A stretch of DNA of 50,279 nt from Bacteriovoracaceae bacterium (GTDB taxonomy: Bacteria; Bdellovibrionota; Bacteriovoracia; Bacteriovoracales; Bacteriovoracaceae): the NCBI GenBank assembly GCA_041586955.1, contig JBFGZE010000015.1, positions 1 to 50,279 of the forward strand, given 5' to 3'. Both the position numbers and the translations under genes were made by a program. The notes below the pieces were generated by a model, which saw nothing but the letters and a program-made list of their open reading frames with translations, ran no database searches and was not told the origin of the DNA. The first letter of the stretch is position 1. The number at the start of each line of letters is the position of its first letter. This document shows, piece by piece, positions 31,730 through 39,427 of the stretch.

Positions 31730-33070
31730 ATGAAGTTGTTTTTATTGGGCCTGGTTTTGTTTCAATGTGTGGTTTCACTTGATGTGAGTGCCAGTGATAT
31801 TTCTTTAGGTTCTAATAAACTTGATGTTAAATTGACTCAATTGCAATGTGAAACTGTTGCTCAGTTAAGAAGTTCTCCCGAATTGGGAAAAGATAACCAG
31901 ATTGGTCATATTGATTGTAAGACAAAAGATTATCGCTCATCTCATCTTCTCATTTTGGATGAAACACCGGATATGTATAAAATATTCCACGATGGCCGTG
32001 TGGGGTGGATTGCTAAATCGATAACAATAAAACCAAAAATCGACCCAACAAAAGCTGGTAATCGATTTGAAAAAATAGCATCTGGTTCTTTGAATTGCCA
32101 CACTCGTCTCAATATCCGTCGAGAACCAGGAATGAATTATAAAATCAAAGGTAAGATTCCCTGCCGGTCAAAAAGTGGAAAAAGGACAAAGATTTCAGTC
32201 CTTGGTCACGACTCCAATTCTGGTTGGTATTATGTTAATTACGGTAATACCAAAGGTTGGGTGAGCAGTAATTTCGTCGAGGTGGAAAGTGAAGATCTCT
32301 TAAATTCTGTAAAAGTTGTACGAGAGGCCTTTAAGGGAATTAAAAACACTGGCCGCTTAGGAATTTTTTGTGGCCAAGGATTAGATGATAATACCTCTTG
32401 CATGATTGTTGACCATTCTTTTTTTCAAAATAAAACCTCTGCCAAAAAAATTGCCGAAGAGATGCAGGCCGCAGATCGTCATAGTAAGCAAGAAAAGAAG
32501 AGAAAGTTTAAAGAATTATTTGGCCCGATCGCTGTTCATATTCAAACTTTGACAGGCTGGCCGGCCTCCGTAACTTTATCCCAGATGGCGCTTGAGACCA
32601 ATTGGGGTACTTCAAATGTTTTTAAGAGGCTTAATAATTTTGGAGGACATTCTTGCACCAGAATGAATATTAATGCTAGAAGGGAAGTGCGTAATATTAG
32701 TTTAAAGCGATACCTTAGAACAAACCCCCATTCAATGGGATCGATCATTAAAGAAAAGAATCGAGTTTTTTTAAAGACTCCCTGTACCTACCCTCGGCCT
32801 AAAAATGAGGGGTATTTTTACCGATCATTTGAATCTGTTTTAGACGCAGCTTATCTTTATGCTGATAATGTTTTGGCCAATTCGGCCTATAAAAATGCTC
32901 AGGGTTATATTGCTGCCGCCCATAAAAAGGGACAGCGACCAGATCCCTATGAAGTGATTAGAGGTCTAGGGGCCTATGCCGCAGATAAAAACTATCGAAC
33001 AAAGTTAAAAAACATTATGAAAGCGAATGATTTTGGAACGTATAATAATGTAAAGGAGTGTGGAAAATGA
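31730..33070 (+). CDS. Secreted SH3b-domain + GH73 glucosaminidase (FlgJ-like) peptidoglycan hydrolase
   Basis: Signal peptide; LNIRREPG...WYYVNYGNTKGWVSSNFV (SH3b); SQMALETNWG, NNFGG, YAADKNY (GH73 YATD-like). Confidence 0.85.
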   Translation: MKLFLLGLVLFQCVVSLDVSASDISLGSNKLDVKLTQLQCETVAQLRSSPELGKDNQIGHIDCKTKDYRSSHLLILDETPDMYKIFHDGRVGWIAKSITIKPKIDPTKAGNRFEKIASGSLNCHTRLNIRREPGMNYKIKGKIPCRSKSGKRTKISVLGHDSNSGWYYVNYGNTKGWVSSNFVEVESEDLLNSVKVVREAFKGIKNTGRLGIFCGQGLDDNTSCMIVDHSFFQNKTSAKKIAEEMQAADRHSKQEKKRKFKELFGPIAVHIQTLTGWPASVTLSQMALETNWGTSNVFKRLNNFGGHSCTRMNINARREVRNISLKRYLRTNPHSMGSIIKEKNRVFLKTPCTYPRPKNEGYFYRSFESVLDAAYLYADNVLANSAYKNAQGYIAAAHKKGQRPDPYEVIRGLGAYAADKNYRTKLKNIMKANDFGTYNNVKECGK

Positions 33071-33693
33071 AAAGAACCACTATGTATTATATTCAACTTT
33101 TAATGCTACCTACACTTTTACTATTCCCACTAAATGCTCAGGATTTATGCTCCTTGGAAGTGATATCCGCTTTAGAGCTTGGTGGTGCGGAAGTTATTTC
33201 ATGTGAAACTTTTCACAAGAAAAAAAAGAAAACGACAGAAATGATTGCGGCATTACTTATTTATCCTGATTCAAATAATGAAGTAAGAAATGCCACATTT
33301 TCTATTTATCGATTTCATAAAAAGAAAAAAGATAAGTTAGAACTTCTTTATCTTAAATCTAACCTTGGCGAAACCTTTTTACCTTTTAAATATCACGGCA
33401 CAGACACAATCTTTACCATCGCTGATGTTAATCAAGATGGCGCTATTGATTTTCTTTTTATGTATGATGACTTTAGTACGACGCGATTAAATATTTTAAC
33501 CATCGATACGAAGAAGAAATCTCTTGTTCCCATTGGATTTTTTACAGTGTACGAAAAGAAATTGGAATTCTATCCATTTTTTACGGGACATCTGGGCAAG
33601 GACGTAGAAGTTTTACCGGGGGCCATCAAAACTCACGGTAAAGAGGGGATTCGCAATTTTAAGTTGGATGGCCTTCATTTCCGTGAGGATTAA
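33067..33693 (+). CDS. Secreted hypothetical protein with DxNxDG Ca-binding-like motif
   Basis: ATGA overlap with the hydrolase stop; signal peptide; DVNQDGAID. Confidence 0.7.
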   Translation: MKRTTMYYIQLLMLPTLLLFPLNAQDLCSLEVISALELGGAEVISCETFHKKKKKTTEMIAALLIYPDSNNEVRNATFSIYRFHKKKKDKLELLYLKSNLGETFLPFKYHGTDTIFTIADVNQDGAIDFLFMYDDFSTTRLNILTIDTKKKSLVPIGFFTVYEKKLEFYPFFTGHLGKDVEVLPGAIKTHGKEGIRNFKLDGLHFRED

Positions 33694-33694
33694 T

Positions 33695-34756
33695 TTATAT
33701 CTTAATTAATTTTAAATCTACCGTTTTGAGCTTGCCATGGCGCTCATAGGTGACCTTGACTTTATCACCGATTTTATAATTTTCTAGAGTATTATAAATA
33801 TCGTCAAAGGAATTAATATCATACTTATCAATTTTTAAAATAATATCCCCGATATAATAACGGCCATATTGGTCGCGTGACATGCCCTCAAGCCCAGCTT
33901 TGGCCGCAGGACTATCTTGGGGAATATATTTTATAATAATTCCCTTTTTAATGCCGAAATGAGCTTTTACATATTCTTCAGCAACTGTAATTCCAAGACC
34001 CGGACGAGTGATTTTTCCATGTTTTATTAATTGAGGCACCATCGATTTGATGGTGTTGATCGGTACAGCAAAGCCAATTCCCGCACTCGAGCCAGAGTGA
34101 CTAAAAATCATGGTATTCATACCGATTACTTCACCTTTTGAATTAAAAAGAGGCCCACCAGAGTTTCCAGGGTTAATCGCACAATCTGTTTGAATCATGC
34201 CGTGGATCTTTACTCCTCCAATACCTTTAATCTTTCTCTCTAGCGCTGAAATAATACCTTGAGTAATGGTTTGGTCAAGGCCAAAAGGGTTGCCAATGGC
34301 CAGGGCCTTTTGACCAACCATTAGATTCGTAGAGCTACCGATCGTGACCGGCTTTAAATTCTTAGGAAGCTTTTCTAATTTGAGAACGGCAATATCTTTA
34401 GCAGGGACAACCCCGACTAACTTCGCCGGATATTGTGTTTTATCATTTTTAAAGGAGATGAGAAATGAATCGCCACCTTGGATGACATGAAAATTAGTAA
34501 TAATATGACCTTTATTATCCCAAACTAACCCCGATCCAGTGCCGGAAGGTACTTCCATAATGTCGAAATCAAAAAACCATCCCGTTTTCGCTAATTTAAA
34601 ATTGGAAACGTTGACCACTGAGGCGCCATTTTCTCGGTAAATATCAATGGTATTTTGTTCATTTTGTAATAGGCTGGCCTTCTCATCACCGAATAGGGCG
34701 AAGTGATTAAGGGATAGAAAACTAAGGATTAGTATTAGAATGAATTTGAACTTCAT
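33695..34756 (-). CDS. HtrA/DegP-like trypsin serine protease with one PDZ domain
   Basis: GSG...ITNFHVI, DIAVLK, AINPGNSGGPL triad; PDZ SPAAKAGL...GDII. Confidence 0.95.
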   Translation of the reverse strand: MKFKFILILILSFLSLNHFALFGDEKASLLQNEQNTIDIYRENGASVVNVSNFKLAKTGWFFDFDIMEVPSGTGSGLVWDNKGHIITNFHVIQGGDSFLISFKNDKTQYPAKLVGVVPAKDIAVLKLEKLPKNLKPVTIGSSTNLMVGQKALAIGNPFGLDQTITQGIISALERKIKGIGGVKIHGMIQTDCAINPGNSGGPLFNSKGEVIGMNTMIFSHSGSSAGIGFAVPINTIKSMVPQLIKHGKITRPGLGITVAEEYVKAHFGIKKGIIIKYIPQDSPAAKAGLEGMSRDQYGRYYIGDIILKIDKYDINSFDDIYNTLENYKIGDKVKVTYERHGKLKTVDLKLIKI

Positions 34757-34888
34757 TATAGCACTCCAGTTTTTGCATGATCGAAGGCGTAATCAGTCGC
34801 CAAATGCCCTCATTATAGATATAATAATTCATCAGTTTTTTGGCAAGCAAAGACTTTGTCAGGATGGCGTCAAAAAGAGGTTAATCAT

Positions 34889-35800
34889 TTGGAAATACAG
34901 TACTTTAATCGGCAAACTCAGAAACTCGAAATTGAAAAGGTCTATGGCGAAAAGGCCATTCTTTGGGCCTATAAAAGGCCTCTTGGTAAGCTTCTTTCTC
35001 CGATCCTAACGGGTAGTTTATTGAGTCGCTTTTATGGCATGTTACAGGATTTACCTAGTTCAAAAAAGAAAGTAAGGCCTTTTATTAAAGATTTTAATAT
35101 TCAAGTGGACGATTTTATTCCATCTGATGGCCATTCAGTTGACGACCCCTATCCTACATTTAATGATTTTTTTGTTAGAAGATTTAAAGAAGGGAAGCGT
35201 CCATTCGACTCCGATCAAAAGGTATTCCCGGCATTTTCCGAAGCTCGCTATTTTGGTTACGAGCAAGTACATGAAGACGAAAAATTTCCAGTCAAGGGAA
35301 AATACCTATATCCTAGTCACATTATTGGGAATAAAAAATGGCAATCCACATTTAAAGACGGCCCATTATTGTTAGCGCGTCTATGTCCTGTTGATTACCA
35401 CCGCTTTCACTATCCTGATAATGGCCGTGTCATTGATCATTATCGCATCGAAGGGGACCTTCACTCGGTTAACCCCTTGGCCTTAAAGATGAAAGAGGAT
35501 ATTTTAATTAAAAATGAAAGACAGGTGACCATTCTTGAAACTGAAAACTTTGGAAAACTAGCTTATGTTGAAGTTGGGGCGATTTGTGTTGGTAAAATTG
35601 TTCAAACATCGGATCTAACCACCTTTAAAAGAGGTGAAGAAAAGGGGATGTTTCTCTTTGGGGGTTCAACAGTGATTGTTATTGGTGAAAAGGGAAAATG
35701 GAAACCTAGCGATGAGATCCTCGATTACACTAAAAAGGGAATTGAAGTCTACAGCCATTTGGGACAACCTTTAGGTCTTAGAATTGATAGCGGCCAATAA
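34889..35800 (+). CDS. psd: Phosphatidylserine decarboxylase proenzyme
   Basis: FNDFFVR, RLCPVDYHRFHYP, NER, FGGST self-cleavage motif. Likely TTG start at 34889 after SD gagg (ORF track 34856). Confidence 0.92.
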   Translation: MEIQYFNRQTQKLEIEKVYGEKAILWAYKRPLGKLLSPILTGSLLSRFYGMLQDLPSSKKKVRPFIKDFNIQVDDFIPSDGHSVDDPYPTFNDFFVRRFKEGKRPFDSDQKVFPAFSEARYFGYEQVHEDEKFPVKGKYLYPSHIIGNKKWQSTFKDGPLLLARLCPVDYHRFHYPDNGRVIDHYRIEGDLHSVNPLALKMKEDILIKNERQVTILETENFGKLAYVEVGAICVGKIVQTSDLTTFKRGEEKGMFLFGGSTVIVIGEKGKWKPSDEILDYTKKGIEVYSHLGQPLGLRIDSGQ

Positions 35801-36545
35801 TAGGAAAGTGATCGGAGGGAAAAATTCCATTTTTTTCCTCTAAAATGGCCTCTAATTCTTCACAGAAAAAATCATTAGTGGTGAGAATCCAATCTATTCT
35901 TGCGCCACCAAATTTCAAATCATATTGGCCATTAAATTTATGAAAAGTACTGATCTCCTTCTTTTTTTTCTCTATCCAGGGATCCCGAAGGTTCGCGAGT
36001 TGATCAATCTCTTTACGTACGTTCTCTACAGGAGACTCATTGAAATCTCCCGTTAAAATCCATGGAGTATCTTGAAGACCTAATTTTTTGGTTTCCATGA
36101 GAAGCACTTTAATTTGTTCATGGCGAGTGTGTGAATACATATGATCTAAGTGGGTATTAATCATATGAAAAATTTTACCATTTAGATCCTGGGCCTTTAT
36201 CCATGTGCAAAGTCTTGGAAAGGCACTTTCAAAGGACTTTGTTCCTGCTTCGAAGGGAGTTTGTGATAGCCAGATATCACCGCTGGCCAATACCTCGATT
36301 TTTTCAGGATTATAAAAAATACAAGGATACATTCTCTCATCGATATATTGGCGATGATCATCGGCCATTTTGAGAGAGATATGCTCTTCTAATTCTTTTA
36401 ATTGCGAGAAGCGCCCTTCTTGGGTACCGAGTAGGTCAGGCCCTTGCGTTGAAATAATATTTTTAAGAATCGGTAGTCGATGGGGCCAAGCATGCTCATT
36501 GTCGCTAGGGTTATTGAACCGAATATTGGAAGTCATGATTTTCAT
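35778..36545 (-). CDS. Endonuclease/exonuclease/phosphatase family protein
   Basis: MTSNIRF, GTQEG, NTHLDH, TGDFN, RIDWI, SDHFP. Start moved to ATG 36545. Confidence 0.92.
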   Translation of the reverse strand: MKIMTSNIRFNNPSDNEHAWPHRLPILKNIISTQGPDLLGTQEGRFSQLKELEEHISLKMADDHRQYIDERMYPCIFYNPEKIEVLASGDIWLSQTPFEAGTKSFESAFPRLCTWIKAQDLNGKIFHMINTHLDHMYSHTRHEQIKVLLMETKKLGLQDTPWILTGDFNESPVENVRKEIDQLANLRDPWIEKKKKEISTFHKFNGQYDLKFGGARIDWILTTNDFFCEELEAILEEKNGIFPSDHFPIIGRYQF

Positions 36546-36639
36546 AAAAATTCCTTTAAATCGGACCAAAAAGAGTCTGACTTGGACTTATTTTAAAATA
36601 GATTGATGCCGTTGGTAAAGTAATATCAACTATTTGAAA

Positions 36640-36656
36640 TTGGCATCGCGATTGCT
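36640..36656 (+). promoter_or_regulatory. Sigma-54 (-24/-12) promoter
   Basis: TTGGCATCGCGATTGCT, a near-consensus TGGCA-N7-TTGC, 27 bp upstream of ATG 36684. Confidence 0.78.
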
Positions 36657-36683
36657 CTAATGCTTTTCAAAAGGAGAAGTATT

Positions 36684-37019
36684 ATGGGACTGCAAAATGC
36701 CGTTTTGAATGAATTTTATGAAATCTATAATCAACCATCTTATCGTGAAATTGCCAATATCACAGGTATCCAATTTACTCGTGTTTTTCGTCTTTATAAT
36801 GGCAATGCCATGAAGGTGCAGGAATATGAAGTATTTAAGAAAAAAATTGAGTCGAAAAATGGTAAATCCTTAGAGAATTGGGAATCTCTTATTCATGATT
36901 CCCTAACTATTTTAAGTCGAGATTTTTTACAAGAGCTCGAATCAATACTAAAAAGAAAGATCCGTGTTGCTCAATTGCAGAATAAATTAAAAGGGGGTGA
37001 AGTATGTGTAGCTTCTTAA
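36684..37019 (+). CDS. Hypothetical protein with N-terminal HTH-like motif
   Basis: PSYREIANITGIQFTRVFRLYNG. SD aaggag supports ATG 36684 rather than 36660. Confidence 0.7.
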   Translation: MGLQNAVLNEFYEIYNQPSYREIANITGIQFTRVFRLYNGNAMKVQEYEVFKKKIESKNGKSLENWESLIHDSLTILSRDFLQELESILKRKIRVAQLQNKLKGGEVCVAS

Positions 37020-37495
37020 TGGTGGAACGAATGGTCATCGAGTCCTTAGAAAAAAAACCTCGATCTTTAGAACAATTGATGGATGATACTGGGCTTGATT
37101 ATGAACTGGCCAAGGCCGTTTTATTTGAACTGACGAGCGAAGGATATATTTATTTTAAGAAAGGTGTGTATGTCTTAAATCGCGAAAAAATAGTTAATAA
37201 TAGCACCGATAATTCACTGGCCCGACAGGAAGAAATTGATGAGATTTTTTCATCTTTTGCACGGCAGGATAAAAAAGAGCAAGAAACCTTTTTAAAAGTA
37301 GATAAGATCTATCTTGATGATGATGAAACAAAATTATTATGGGCGATGCTTAAGGGAATAGAATCGTATATTTCAAATATTCGACAAGATCGCAAAAGAC
37401 ACCCCATTAATGAGAAAACTAGTAAGAAAAAGGTCATCTTCTTAGGGGTCTCTCCCTACGAAAACCTTGTGAAAGAAACACTAAGGGCGGTATAG
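37004..37495 (+). CDS. Hypothetical protein with N-terminal winged-helix-like motif
   Basis: RSLEQLMDDTGLDYELAKAVLFELTSEGYIYFKKGVY; overlaps the upstream ORF. Confidence 0.7.
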   Translation: MCSFLMVERMVIESLEKKPRSLEQLMDDTGLDYELAKAVLFELTSEGYIYFKKGVYVLNREKIVNNSTDNSLARQEEIDEIFSSFARQDKKEQETFLKVDKIYLDDDETKLLWAMLKGIESYISNIRQDRKRHPINEKTSKKKVIFLGVSPYENLVKETLRAV

Positions 37496-37502
37496 TAGAG
37501 GA

Positions 37503-38594
37503 ATGAGAATTCCTATTATTATTATGGGTGGGGGAGTCTTGGGACTCCTCACTGCTCTAGCGATTAAAAAGCAACACCCTGGTTTAGACTTGGCACTCTT
37601 TGATCAAAATCCTTTTTGGGGCGAAGGGGCCACAAGTCGCAATTCGGGCGTTCTCCACGCTGGAATTTATTATCCTCATCAATCACTTAAGCATTCTCTT
37701 TGCATGGCCGGAAATGAATTGTGGCGCTCATTAGCGAGTGAATTTGAAATACCAATCCTTGAGTGTGGTAAATATATCATTGCTAGCACTAAAGATGATA
37801 TTAAAGGTTGGGAAAAGACATTTTCCCAGGGAATAAAAAATGGAGTCACCGGCCTTCGCGAAGTTTCAGTCGATGAAGTTCAAAAGCTCAAGCAATATGC
37901 TCATATTGAAAAAGCATTTTTTTCACCGAATACGGCAGTTCTTGATACTTCCGTTGCGATTCAAAACATAGCACGCTATCTCCATAATAAAGATATCCCC
38001 TTAATGCTCAATAATAAGGTGCTGGATATTCAAAAAATAAATGACGGGTTTCAAGTGAAGACCGAGCATGAAACCTTAGAATGTGATTTCCTGATTAATT
38101 TGGCCGGCGCTCATGCACCAGATCTCCGATCTCAGTTATTGCCAACTTCTAATATTGAAAGTTATTGGGTTAAAGGCCATTATTTAAAATTGGCCCGACC
38201 TTTTTACAATGAATCACTTATATACCCAGTTCCCAATAAGGATTTAAAAGGGCTTGGTGTTCATACCAGTTTTGGTTTTGATCGCCAGGTTCGTTTTGGT
38301 CCCAATGTTGAGGATACCACTGATTACGACTATCAAATGAATACGAGAGTCATTGATCAAATGTTTCCAGCGATTGAGAAAATTTTTAAAGGTATTGAGA
38401 AAAAGGATCTGCAATTAGATTATTGTGGAATACGTTCAAAAATAAAAATAAACGGCGAGCTTTATCCTGACTTTTGGATCAAAAATGGAAAGGAATGGGG
38501 AATGCCAGGATATTTTGAAGCGTTGGGCATAGAGTCTCCTGGCCTAACTGCCTCTCCTGCAATTGCTAATTTGCTTGCAAGTTGGGTTGAATAG
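37503..38594 (+). CDS. FAD-dependent oxidoreductase, L-2-hydroxyglutarate oxidase (LhgO)-like
   Basis: GGGVLG, TSRNSGVLHAGIYY, LIYPVP, GLGVH, GIESPGLTASPAIA. Confidence 0.9.
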   Translation: MRIPIIIMGGGVLGLLTALAIKKQHPGLDLALFDQNPFWGEGATSRNSGVLHAGIYYPHQSLKHSLCMAGNELWRSLASEFEIPILECGKYIIASTKDDIKGWEKTFSQGIKNGVTGLREVSVDEVQKLKQYAHIEKAFFSPNTAVLDTSVAIQNIARYLHNKDIPLMLNNKVLDIQKINDGFQVKTEHETLECDFLINLAGAHAPDLRSQLLPTSNIESYWVKGHYLKLARPFYNESLIYPVPNKDLKGLGVHTSFGFDRQVRFGPNVEDTTDYDYQMNTRVIDQMFPAIEKIFKGIEKKDLQLDYCGIRSKIKINGELYPDFWIKNGKEWGMPGYFEALGIESPGLTASPAIANLLASWVE

Positions 38595-38599
38595 CGTTG

Positions 38600-38785
38600 A
38601 CCCGATTAGAGTCATCCAAATTTCACAATTTTCTTGTATCACAACTGGAGCATCATTAGTTCCTGAATCGATTCCTCGAAAAAGATTAACCTCGTCAACT
38701 TCCAGCTTAACCAAGTCCAATCTATCCTTAATTATTCTTATGCCTTCAACAAAGTACATATTATCTTTTATAAATCGCTCTTCAT
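38600..38785 (-). pseudogene. Decayed immunity-protein-like gene (DUF2489-like)
   Basis: FVEGIRII...LFRGIDSGTNDAPV. Restoring one base near 38641 continues G-DTRKL-[TGA 38623-25]-NLD, matching a 'GIDSETDxxPxGxxRxLW' pattern. Confidence 0.5.
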
Positions 38786-39212
38786 TTAACCACAATATCG
38801 CTTAAACGGATTTTTATATTTTTAAGTTGGTTTTCGAGGGTCCATTGAGTAGGTTTCTTGTCGTCCTCAAACCATTTTGTCCCCTCTTCAATCCATTCTG
38901 TTAAATATCCTTGGAATGAAATGCCATTGGATGTTCCAGGTTTATCAGCATTTCCAGCACTGTCAATTTTATTTAGTGCAAATTTGCTATCTCCATAAAA
39001 GTGTTTTTAAGATGCTTCCCTGTCAGTCCCCATTTTGAATTGGTTGATGGTAAAAGTTTGACTAACCTTTTCTTTGAGTTAATTCCTAACTTCCGTGCGG
39101 AGTGGGTTATTTCTTGTAACTCCTTCCCCTCATGGGAAACTGTCGCAAATGTGGTGCTTGAGATAAGAGTGAAGAGGATGATTGGGAGGATAATTTCTAA
39201 AAGTCGCTTCAT
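38782..39212 (-). pseudogene. Orphan/frameshifted polymorphic toxin module with signal peptide
   Basis: ATG 1 nt after the CPCC stop; signal peptide; SARKLGINSK resembles SAAKLGLKAK of the upstream toxin. One extra A in the A5 tract (39004-39008) gives KHLKKHFYGDSKFALNKID..., open to TGA at 38782. Confidence 0.6.
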
Positions 39213-39213
39213 T

Positions 39214-39426
39214 TTATGGCGTTGCTTTTCCACGTTTTTTGAAATTTATCCGTGCCTGATTTAATGATGGGTCGTTAGCACCTCCTTCAAAATCAGGATC
39301 ATCAAATTGAACAGAGTCATCCTCCCAACCACAAACCTCACATATTTCATAAGAGCCGGGAAAGTTTTCCTTAGTGAATGAATTTGTTCCACATACAGGA
39401 CATGGTACTAAATCAATATTGCTCAT
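39214..39426 (-). CDS. CPCC-family cysteine-rich protein, probable immunity protein
   Basis: CPVCG...YEICEVCGWEDDSVQ...GGAN..SLNQAR.NF (Cys_rich_CPCC pattern). Starts 1 nt after the toxin stop. Confidence 0.88.
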   Translation of the reverse strand: MSNIDLVPCPVCGTNSFTKENFPGSYEICEVCGWEDDSVQFDDPDFEGGANDPSLNQARINFKKRGKATP

Positions 39427-39427
39427 A

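Noticed and set aside
38563..38805. 80-aa plus-strand ORF after the oxidoreductase
   Set aside because: Antisense shadow of the minus-strand immunity-like remnant; no start signals.
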